A stretch of DNA of 59,743 nucleotides from Neolecta irregularis DAH-3 (Eukaryota), in contig LXFE01000322.1 in assembly GCA_001929475.1 (NCBI GenBank), positions 1 to 59,743 of the forward strand, given 5' to 3'. Both the position numbers and the translations under genes were made by a program. Under the pieces are notes generated by a model. It saw only the letters and a list, made by a program, of their open reading frames with translations. It ran no database searches and was not told the DNA's origin. Shown in pieces: positions 34,100 to 44,350 of the stretch (the first letter of the stretch is position 1; each line of letters opens with the position of its first letter).

Positions 34100-34642
34100 A
34101 AAGTATGCGCTGTAGTATGATTTGATGTACATTAGAATAATTTGTAACAATGCGATTAAAACAAATGCGATTAAACTCCAACTAAAATGATGCGTCTGAA
34201 ATGACGTCTAGTCTCCTTGAACATAATATTTAGCTTTTGAAGCAATATAGCGGAGATGATCAGGTAGATAAGCGTAGGCAGTATAAATGATCCAGCTGAA
34301 CAGTAACACAAATATCGAGTCTAGAAAGGTAAGAATGAGACGCCAAAGTATCCGCGCGCATACTGATTATCAAGACTTCGGTGGTGGTCAACATGTACGT
34401 CCCATAGGTTACGGACACTTGGTAGTATTTGCGTTTGAGGAATTTATTCAGTGGTGATATTAGAAACATTGGACAAGGTAGGTGTTGGTCTATGCGCGAT
34501 GTCGAGAAAATTCGCCTTATCGATGAGAATGCAACATTTACAATTTATTCATCGATAAAAGAACTGGTGGATATATTCATAAATAAAAGTTGAACACTGA
34601 TTAAAAACTGGTTTGTTGGACGGGTCAGTGTATGTGTCCTAA

Positions 34643-35119
34643 ATGTACATCTTACAAAACTACAACCGGCTCTCTTCAACTATCCTTTTTATTCGCAACG
34701 CTATACGAACACATTCTTCCCGACCGCTGCCACTGCCTAAAATAATTGAATCTGAACTCGAAGAAAAGTTTATCAGAGGGACCGGACCAGGCGGTCAAAA
34801 GATCAACAAGACTTCTATTTGCGTCCAGTTACGTCATATTCCCACTGGAATTACTGTCAAATGTCAGGATAGCAGATACAGAGAACTCAATCGACATGTT
34901 GCGCGCAAAAACCTGCAAAAGAAATTAGATGTTTTAGAAAACGGGGATAATAGTCGGGCGGCGAGAAAATTTGCTAAAGTACGAGAGAAGAAAAAGAATA
35001 GAGAAAAAAAGGCCAAGAAGAAGTATGGACATAAAAACGATGATCGGGTTGAGTGTAGTGGCCCTGTGGATACGAAAAGTCAGTTGGTAATGTTAGCGGA
35101 AGGAAATACTGCAACATGA
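34643..35119 (+). CDS. Mitochondrial ribosome-rescue release factor (mtRF-R/C12orf65, S. pombe Pth3 type)
   Basis: [19 protein letters not shown] (GGQ motif), [15 protein letters not shown], Lys-rich C-terminal helix and a presequence-like N-terminus. Confidence 0.9.
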   Translation: MYILQNYNRLSSTILFIRNAIRTHSSRPLPLPKIIESELEEKFIRGTGPGGQKINKTSICVQLRHIPTGITVKCQDSRYRELNRHVARKNLQKKLDVLENGDNSRAARKFAKVREKKKNREKKAKKKYGHKNDDRVECSGPVDTKSQLVMLAEGNTAT

Positions 35120-35334
35120 TTCGATGAGTTGGTGTTATAAGACCAAGCTTTATTTTCGCGTCATCCGACACTGCAATCTTCGGATAATTGGCGTTATCGG
35201 AGGAAGCTTTAAGATTTATTTCGCGTCATCCGAGATGACACTGCAGCGTGATTCAAATAGTAGTCCTATGGGAGGGATACCATTTGTGGGAACTCGATTC
35301 TACCCTACCGTACCCTGTCCCGCCAGCTCACCAC

Positions 35335-35555
35335 CGCCACCGCCCAATTGTCCGGAGGATCACAGGGAGCAGCAAGTCCCATTCTGGCCTATCACAGGCA
35401 TCGCCACCAGGCAAGTCAATAAGGAGTCGAACAGGCAGATGACGGTAGCAAGCACATGTGCCGAGGCTGTATATAAGTAGTGTCTAGCCGGACTAGCTGA
35501 CTAGACTTAAACCCGATATCCAATATACGTAGTTGGGTCATCAATATAAGCTCGT
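35335..35555 (+). mobile_element. Degenerate LTR relic related to the solo LTR at 41236-41850
   Basis: Shares ATCACAGGCATCGCCACC, GAACAGG and TATATAAGTAG..TCTAGCC.GACTAG...AGACTT with 41519-41660. Confidence 0.65.
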
Positions 35556-35691
35556 TTGAAGTTGGTAATACTACGGCTCAGACATTTTCTCATTATTCTA
35601 TTAGAAAGGGTATGCGCGCATTGTTCCTTGCCCCTTGCCCTGCCTAAAATAATTGAATTCGAACTCGGAGAAAAGTTTATTGATGGGACCG
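35556..35691 (+). pseudogene. Chimeric relic: short TDP1-like 5' piece fused to a 5' fragment of the release factor gene
   Basis: TAATACTACGGCTCAGACAT is identical to sequence at ~36553 in TDP1 copy 1; then LPKIIEFELGEKFIDGT vs [17 protein letters not shown], truncated before GGQ. Confidence 0.7.
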
Positions 35692-35929
35692 CGCTAGGCC
35701 CAAAACCCATTGATGTCATATTACCACGGGAATTACGATCAATGCCAGGATAGCCTATACCGTGAACCCAATCGAGATATTCTACAAAAGAAGATATGGC
35801 ACTGAGAGAAAAGTCCGGGAAACTATGGACCGACAAACAATGAGCAGGTTGACTGTAATGTCCCTGTCAACACGGCAAGTCAGCTGACGTGCCACTGGAG
35901 GGAACCACTCCACGTAATTCGAACAGCTT

Positions 35930-36248
35930 TGGGGACTCGAGGGTAGACCCGCTAAAACAAGAACCACCCACACGCCACCACCACCACCAAACCGGGGGAT
36001 GTAACGGAGGGGATTATGACGCAGAGCAGCAAGCATCACTGCCAGGCACATTATGGGCAATCACAGGCGTTGCCACCTAGTACATAAGTGGGGAGGTAGA
36101 TTACGGTAGATATAAGTAGCGTCTAGCCTGACTAACAAACTAGACTTTAACCTGAGATATAATCCGAGTAGTTACTTTTACTTCAAGTAATTACACCTGC
36201 GCGTCTATCAACCCTAAGTCCAAAGAAGCATCAAACCCAAGTTTGTGT
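35930..36248 (+). mobile_element. Second degenerate LTR relic of the same family
   Basis: Collinear with 41410-41757 (GACTCG..GGGTA, AACAAGAA, CAATCACAGGC..GCCACC, ATATAAGTAGC.TCT.GCCTGACTA, CTATCAA.CCTAAG). Confidence 0.7.
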
Positions 36249-36454
36249 AACAAGCTGGTTTATCTGATGGTGCTTTATGTTGTTCCTGGTATACGAGATA
36301 TCGCTGCAACAATATTTCAAAAGTTGGTCGTGTTATCGGAGGGAAATACTGCTGCGCTATTTCAAGAGCTTTAGGTATTAGTTTTGGAAACCCCTTCGAC
36401 TAATTTTTGGGCTGATATACTGCGCGTTAAGATTTTACCCCTGGCTTGCAATTC

Positions 36455-38333
36455 ATGTCTGATATTGATCTTTCTGTCGAAGCCGCAAGGCCAACGATGC
36501 CTTTATCAAAGCCCGGAAAACTCATCGAGAAAAAAAGCACGGATGAAGATGCTAATACTACGGCTCAGACATATCAGGATTATCAAACTAAAGAAGCAAA
36601 GATAGGGAACGAAGATGTTACTATGCTGGACTGCACAAATGTAATGCCTACGAAGAACATTGAGAAGTCGCCCAAAAGATTGATTCAAAATCAAGGCAAG
36701 AAACGAAAAGAGAAGACTTCAATTAAAGGCCAAAATTTCAAGAAAACAAAACTAGGCGTCAAAAATGATGCAGATTGTAACGCTGTTACCCTGTCAATTC
36801 CAACTGCGACAAACATACTGTATCCGGATGGGGTGGTCAAATTAACGTGGGTTAATGGGTATACGAAGACAGACGATCATATTACTCTCGAAGAAATTGT
36901 ACAGAAAGATTCGCTCAAGGGCGCAGTTATCAGCGCAATGTTGTTTGATTTCACTTGGCTATCTGCGCAGTTCAATCATGGACAACATCCAGTCGTAGTA
37001 ATATGTCCCGCAATATGTAAAAGTAGTGCTCTTACATTTGTCAAGACTATAGCGGGATTTGGGTCAAATGTATCTAAAAGAGTACGAGGAAAACTGATGA
37101 CTGCTTCACGGGTAGTTTCTCCGCGTGGAGCATGTATGCATTCAAAGTTACAGGTATCACCATGGTTTGAAAGTGTATTTTGTTATCATCTAGTTATTAT
37201 TCCATTCCGAACATCTCCGAGTTGTAATATCAACGGCTAATATGAGGCTACATGACTGGGGCGAAACTGGCTCAACCGAAAATGTGTGTCGCCCTGAGTA
37301 TTCGTATATTCTTATTTATAGATAGTCTTCATTCAAGATTTTCCTCTAACCACCGAACAAAAGTCGAATGAACTGCCCATTTTTGCTCAAGACTTGCAAC
37401 GCTTCTGCACGTTTCAAAATGTCCCCAAAGACGTCGTGAATAAACTTGTAAGCTACAATTATTCCAAGGCCAAGGTTGGCCTCGTCTTTTCAATAGCTGG
37501 AGAACATGCTGGAAACACAATGGATATGGATAATGAAGTTATGAAAAGTTCTGGATATCCGATGCTCGCAAGAGTCGTTCGACAACTCGGGCTAAGGACC
37601 GATACAGTGGAGATTGAGTACACTGTATACATCCTCTTGTCTTATTCTGACAATTAGACATCCTCTATCGGCGTATTATATGAAACTTTTATTGTTAGGC
37701 TATATAACGCTGCTTGCGGGGAAGCTCCTACTGGACGATCCATTAATGTAGATGTGGCCAATTGGAGTCAAGTTTGTCAAAGATTCCAAGTTTATTACCC
37801 ACCACAAAGCACTGTCGATAAAACTCGAGGGGCCTCCTCGGTAAACCTCGGCAACCATCTTGTAACTCATGATTGCAGAATGTGAGGAAACTCAGAATCA
37901 TACCAGATCTTAAGAAAATTCGCAAGATACCTTTCGATATGATAAGATATTGTCTCAGCAAAAGAGAAGGTTGCCGGATGCATAACAAGGTCTGCAAAAT
38001 CATTTCATGCCGCCAAATATTGATTATCAGATAATGAAAGTCATTCCGAGACAAAGTGGGCTCGCGCCCTGGCATTACATCGGATCTGCCAATCTTAGTC
38101 AAGCCGCGTGGTATTTTCACTTTAAAGTCTGTATGTATAAGCGTCAGGGGCAGGTTGCAAACGGATCCTACAGGACGGCAACATAATTTAATTTTGGAAA
38201 ACTGGGAGAGTATATTTTTCCCCTCGGTATATCCATTGATTTTAATAGTGGGCGTGGTTATTCCTGGAGACGCCATAAAAGTGCCTGATCCCGTCAAGAA
38301 ACCCGGGATTGCATACGCAGTACAAAGTCCATG
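36455..38333 (+). CDS. Tyrosyl-DNA phosphodiesterase (TDP1-like, PLD superfamily) copy 1; nearly intact, stop at a terminal Trp codon
   Basis: Splices through 7 GT-AG introns; both catalytic motifs (CMHSKLQ, RMHNKIM), YIGSANLSQAAWG and NWE are present; ends SP*(YF) where copy 3 has KPWFF. Confidence 0.75.
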
Positions 38334-38657
38334 ATATTTTTGAGATTGCCGTTGGAGGATTCATGGTGGCCTTTAACTTATTTTTTGGGGTTGCCATATG
38401 TATCATGATTCATTAATAATAGTTCTGTAAAAAACGACGGGGTGGTTGCTCAAGTGTAGTCATGTACATATAGTTGGCTCCTTGAGCGATCTACATTGCG
38501 ATTTTGCGAGCGAAACTCGTTTGTAACGTACAACTTTACGATAAACGCGCAATCCATTTATTGAACGAAGGAAGTATATATAAACAAGATTTGTATAAAT
38601 AAAAGTGAAACTCGTATTAAAAAAAAGCCGGTTTGATAGAAAGTGTGTTTACCATGA

Positions 38658-39081
38658 ATGTTTATCCTACAAGTCTTACCCGACTATCATTTTCGTGATT
38701 CTATTCCTAGGAGTATACAAAATATTATTCCCAGTCCCTTCCAATGTCTAAAAATAATTGCATTGGGAAGAGAAGGTTATTCAGACGGGACCCGGTGGCA
38801 AAAAGACCATCACGACAATGAGAATTACAGTCAAATGCCAGTATAGCCGATACAGGGACCTCAATCAAGATGTTATACACAAAAATCTGCAAACGAAAGT
38901 GGTTGGAATGGGGGAACTGTCTGGCGGCGAGAACTTGATAAAGTACGAATGAAGAAAAGAGAATAGAGTGAGAAACGCCAAGAATGATGGACTCAAAAAC
39001 GACAAGCAGGTTGAGTGTCAAGTCCCTGTAGATACGACAAATCAGTTGGATATGTTACCGGAAGGCAATACCACAACGTGA
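38658..39081 (+). pseudogene. Pseudogene copy of the mitochondrial release factor
   Basis: Collinear with 34643-35119 (GPGGKKT, ITVKCQYSRYRDLN); GGQ changed to GGK, with frameshifts and a premature stop. Confidence 0.85.
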
Positions 39082-39300
39082 TTCGGATAGCTGGTGTTAT
39101 CGAAGGAAACTTTTAAGGTGTTGTTTGCGCTATCAGAGAAAACACTGCATCGATATTTTAAACAGCTGTACTTGTTATGGGAGGGAAATACTGCTGCGTG
39201 ATTTCAAGAATTTCCATGGGTTTTAGTTTTAGAAGCTTTTGGCTAATGCTTGGTCTGGTATCCTACGGCGTGTTGAGACTTTACCCCTGACTTGCAATTC

Positions 39301-41141
39301 ATGTCTAATATCATTGACCTTACTATTGAAGATGCTAATACTACGACACAGACTGCATGTCAGGAGTCGTTGCGAATCGACGCAATCCTGCCGCCTTTGA
39401 AGAGTCAAACTAAAGAATCAAAGATAGCGAGCAAAGCTGTGACGACGCTGGACCTCGCAAATGTGACAACTATTATACCTGCGAAAAACATTGGGAAGCC
39501 GCCCAAAAGATTGATTCAAAATCAAGGCCAGAAACGAACAGGAGGGGCTCTAATTGAAGGCCATAATTTCAAGAAAACGAAACTAAGTGTCAAAGATGAT
39601 GGAGATTATCATACTATCCCCCTGTCAAATCCAACTGCGTCAAACATCGAGTATATGGGGTGATCAAATTAACATTGGTTAAAGGATATACGAAAACAAA
39701 CGATCATATTACCCTGGAAGAAATTGTACAGAAAGATTCGCTAAAGGCCGCAGTTATCAGCGCAATGTCGTTTGATTTCCTGTGGTTTTCTGCTAAGTTC
39801 AATCATGGGCAACATCCAATCGAAATGATATGTCCTGAAGAACGAAAAAATGAAGCGTGCTTATTTATCAAAACGATGACTGGGTTAGAGTCAAAAGTAC
39901 CTAACGCAGAACGACCAAAACTAACGGGCCGCTTCAAATGTCATTACTCCGTCTGCACCATGTATGCATTCTACAGGTTTTACAATCATTCGAAAGTATA
40001 TTTGATACCATCTAGTTGCTATTTCATTCCGAACACCTCCGAGTTGTAATACCAACGGCTAATATGAAGTCAAAGACTTGCGACGCTTCTGCACGTTTCA
40101 AAATGTCCCCAAAGACGTCGTGAATAAACTTGTAAGCTACAATTATTCCAAGGCCACGGTTGGCCTCGTCTTTTCAATAGCTGGAGAACATGCTGGAAAC
40201 ACAATGGATATCGGTAATAAAGTTACAGAATGTTCTGGATATCCGATGCTCGCAAGAGTCGTTCGACAACTTGTTCTAACGACCGATACAGTGGATATTG
40301 AGTATACTCTATACATCCTTTTGTATTCTTCTGACAATAAGACATCTGCTATTGACTTGTTCGATGAGATCTTTATGGTTAGGTTGTATAACGCTGCTTG
40401 CGGGGGAGCTCCTACTGGAAGATCTATTAATGTGGATATGGCCGATTGGAGTCAAGTTCGTCAGAGATNNNNNNNNNNAGCTCCTACTGGAAGATCTATT
40501 AATGTGGATATGGCCGATTGGAGTCAAGTTCGTCAGAGATTTCAAGTTTATTATCCAACTAAAAAGACAATTGATCAAAGTCGAGGGGAACCTCGGTGAA
40601 GCTCGGCAATCATCTTCTAACTCAAGATGTAGAATGCTAAGGAACTCAGAATCGTGCTAAAGCGTAGCAAAACTCCCAAGATACCTTTCGATATGATACG
40701 AGATTGTCTCAGCAAAAGCGAAGGTTGTCTGATGCATAACATGGTCTGCAAAATCATTGCATGCCGCCAATTATTGATTATCTGATAATAAAAGTCACTC
40801 TGAGACAAAGTGGGCTCGCGCTTGGGCATTACATTGGATCTGTCAATCTTAGTGAAGCCGCGTGGTACTTTCACTTTAAAGTCTGTATGTATAAGCGTCA
40901 GGGGTAGGTTTCAAACGGATCCTACAGGACGGAAACAAAATGGAAACAAAATTTAATATGGAAAACTAGGAGAGTGTATCTTTTCCCCTCGATCTATCCA
41001 TTGATTTTAATAGTGGGCGTGGTTATTTCTGGAGGTGCCATAAAGGTGCCTGATCCCGTCAAGAAACCTGGGATTTCATACGGAGTACGGAATCCTTCGT
41101 ATTTTGTACTGCTTGTTGGGAGAACTCATGGTGGCGTTTAA
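39301..41141 (+). pseudogene. TDP1-like copy 2, pseudogene
   Basis: Highly similar to copy 1, but a small deletion removes the Lys of HSK (~39972), HNK becomes HNM (40735-40743), there is an internal deletion near 40070, a lost acceptor AG near 40784 and a TGG>TAG change near 40968. Confidence 0.85.
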
Positions 41142-41235
41142 CTTGTTTTTTCATGCCAGATGTATTTATTACTGGTTTTTTAAGAACGATTCCGTGTTTC
41201 TTAACTCTGGTCATGCACAGATTGCTGGCTCGTAA

Positions 41236-41850
41236 TGTAAGAAATAGTACCCCTAAATATACCTTACTATTATGGAAAAAGGCTTACCGTAATATTACGG
41301 CAATTGAAATGACATCTATATGAAGTAGATAGACAGCTATACCTAGCCTAAGTTAAGTTCACTTGGGTTATATATGTCCATCCGGAAGTCTAGTTCACTT
41401 AGGCTAGGTGTGGAGACTCGCGGGTACCCCAAAGCAACAAGAATCCCTACACTCCACCATCGCAACTAAACCTACCCGCGAAATCAAATTAAGCGCGACG
41501 CAGGACAACAGGCGTCATCGCCAGGCCTGAAATGGACAATCACAGGCATCGCCACCCACTACTTAAGTGGAGAGGCGAACAGGTAAATGGAGGAAGCTAT
41601 GCGCATGCCTATTTATTATATATAAGTAGCATCTGGCCTGACTAGCAGACCAGACTTCACCCTGATTCTCAATTCAAGTAGTTGCTTTTATCTTAGATAT
41701 ATGGGCGCTCTACTATCAAACCTAAGCCCACGCGAGCACCAAATCCAAGCTCGTGTGCCCATACTAGCCATATCCACCTGGAAGTCAAGTTCACTTAGGC
41801 TAGTTTTCAATAAACCTAGTCTTATTCATACTCGGGCTTCAATACTTACA
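41236..41850 (+). mobile_element. Solo LTR of an LTR retrotransposon (615 bp)
   Basis: Termini TGTAAG...CTTACA, 5-bp TSD CGTAA (41231-41235 and 41851-41855), TATATAAG at ~41619 and AATAAA at 41809. Confidence 0.92.
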
Positions 41851-41957
41851 CGTAAAGTGATCTGCAGTGTGATTTTGCGGACTAAACTTGATTGTAACGT
41901 ACGACTTGATGACAACAGCGTATCCCACTTATTGAATTAGCCTGTGACTTTAACGCA

Positions 41958-43973
41958 ATGTCACATAAGGTCATCGATCTGACGGAAGACGACTCATTCG
42001 CCGATGAATCTCATTATTCACAATTACAACGCGCTTTGGCTCTATCGTTGAAAGATTCTAAAAGAAACCCTGTCGAGGAGGTACTGGATGACGCAGACCC
42101 CGACCTGAAAGAAGCATTACGTTTGTCTGTCGTTTCCCAGCAGACATCTCGAATAGATAGCCCAGCAGAATCAGAAAATCACACTACACATGAAAATCTT
42201 ACTGAGGAACCTGCAATTCGAAATTTCTGCGGTTTTGATCGAAGGTTCATGGAACAGGAACGGCTTGCTCGATTGAAAAGAAAACACTCCGCAACTTGCA
42301 TACGGTTATCTGTTTCGCCAGAGTCTAAGAGAACTAAAGCCTTGACATCAGCTGCAGCCTTGATCACCACTACAAGCTGCTCAGGCGATGAGGCACAGTA
42401 TCTTAATGGTGTGATAAAACTCACCCATGTTAATGGTTATGTGAAGAAGGAGGAGCATATCTCAATCGAAGAAGTTTTTCAGAAGGTATACGCCTTAGCC
42501 GGGGTTGTCTGATGCCAGGATTCACTGCAGGCTGCAGTCCTCAGTAGCTTTGTCATCGACCATGAGTGGGTCTTCAGTAAACTCAACATCGGAAGTTATC
42601 CAATTGTTCTCGTGCAGCACTCAGGCAGTATTACAGACTCAACCCAAGTACAGGCTGCAGACCCTTTTCCAGTCTGACCTCTAGGCTCGACAAATTCCGG
42701 AACAATTGCCAAAAGTATCTGTTGTGTTCCCCCCCATGGGGAAGGCCAGATGTATGCATTCCAAGCTACAGGTAGGATTGTCGTGTTGGACTACGCGCTT
42801 ATATTTCCAGCTCTTGTTCCATATAGAATTTCTGAGGGTTGTCATTCCGACGGCAAATCTAATACCCCAAGATTGGGGAGAAATTGGCGCAATGGAAAAC
42901 GAATGTATTGACAGTCGGTTCAATTACTTATTGACTAGAGCGTGTTTATCCAAGACTTTCCTCGACTGACTAGGTCTATTACCACATCATCACGGTTTGG
43001 CGATGATCTTTTGTACTTTTGTGAAGCATCCAAGTACCCCGAAAACGTCAGACAGAAGATTAAGGAATTTAACTTCAGTGGAGCTAGAGTTGGTATCCTG
43101 CATTCCATAGGAGGAGAACATTTTGGAAGTGACTCTGTGCGTATGACAGGATTCCCATTACTCGCAGAGACCGTTCAACGCATGGGTCTCCAGAACACAC
43201 AAGTCAAGCTTGACTACGTCGTTCGTGAACAGCCGGCAGAATCTTCTAATTTTAGACTTCATCGTTGGGTTCATTGAATAAGAGTTTTGTCACTCGATTG
43301 TACCATGCTGCATGCGGAATCAGTGACATTGAACCCCAAAACAAATTCAGTAAGCCCGACTCTACCTCCTGGAATATAATCAAATCTGCAATCAATGTTT
43401 ATTTCCCCACCCATGAAACCGTTGTTCATAGTCGGTTTGGTAATGCAGTATAGCTAAATATCGTCTCACAAGCTGATTTTAGCTTGGAGGGATGATATGC
43501 TTGAATGCGCATTCTTATCATAACCCGAAATTTCCGAAGGAGATGCTGCGCGATTGTCGAAGCTTAAGGGATGGCTGTTTGATGCATAACAAGGTCTGTC
43601 ATTGACATATTTAGCTCTTCTATAATTATGTAGATCATCAAAGCGGAACCGCGAGATCCCTTTGGGAAGTCATGGCATTACATTGGGTCAGCAAATATGA
43701 GCATGAGTGCATGGTGAGCATTCCAGGAGTCTTTAGTAGAGCTGAATACAAATATTGTAGGGGCAATATAGTGATGGACAGAACAAGGAAAGAGATAAAG
43801 CTAGTAGTGAACAATTGGGAAAGTATTGGAACACGTCAGGAAGGAATCCAGCTGATTCTTTAGTTGGGGTCTTGGTGCCCAAAGGAGCTATGCCGGTACC
43901 AGAACCCGTTCGCAAGCCTGGCGACACGTATGGAACAAGGAAGCCATGGTTCTTTATGGGCGATTTGAGGTGA
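41958..43973 (+). CDS. TDP1-like tyrosyl-DNA phosphodiesterase copy 3 with N-terminal SIM-like and two UIM-like motifs, multi-exon
   Basis: CMHSKLQLLF, LRVVIPTANL, LMHNKII, YIGSANMSMSAWG, NNWE and KPWFF; N-terminal KVIDLTEDD, LQRALALSL and DLKEALRLS. Confidence 0.85.
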
Positions 43974-44350
43974 GAAACGGGTTGTGGAAGCGTTGCATGT
44001 TCCATTTGCATGGTCTGGAAAAAACTCTGAGGATGCGTGCAGTTATTCTAGATGTCATGCTTCTGTAACTGCAATGTCATGCGTTTTAGCAGAAAGGAGC
44101 AGATGGATTACGAACAAGTCGAGACCTATATAGACCGCAGCACGGGTGCCGGAGCAGCAGCGTAGCGCTGGATTCGACCCTGGCTCCATTTTCTGCAACG
44201 GCCGTTTCTGTGGACATGCCATTGCCACGCCCCATGCTTCGGTGACAGACTGCTGACTCGTATATGCACGTTTCCGCTCTCCTATAAAGCTGCATTCATT
44301 CTTCGAGAGCCCTATAGGTTCTGTTTGGTCGACGGTATAACCTTCGTCTA

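Noticed and set aside
35080..36370. CRISPR-like repeat-spacer pattern
   Set aside because: Eukaryotic context, degenerate irregular repeats and no cas genes; explained by local duplication.
40407..40540. Perfect 62-bp direct repeat flanking a 10-N gap
   Set aside because: Identical sequence on both sides of a scaffold gap indicates unmerged overlapping contig ends; the paralog has one copy.
36455..41141. RIP-like mutation of the duplicated TDP1 copies
   Set aside because: Differences include many transversions and indels, with no evident CpA-to-TpA dominance by eye.
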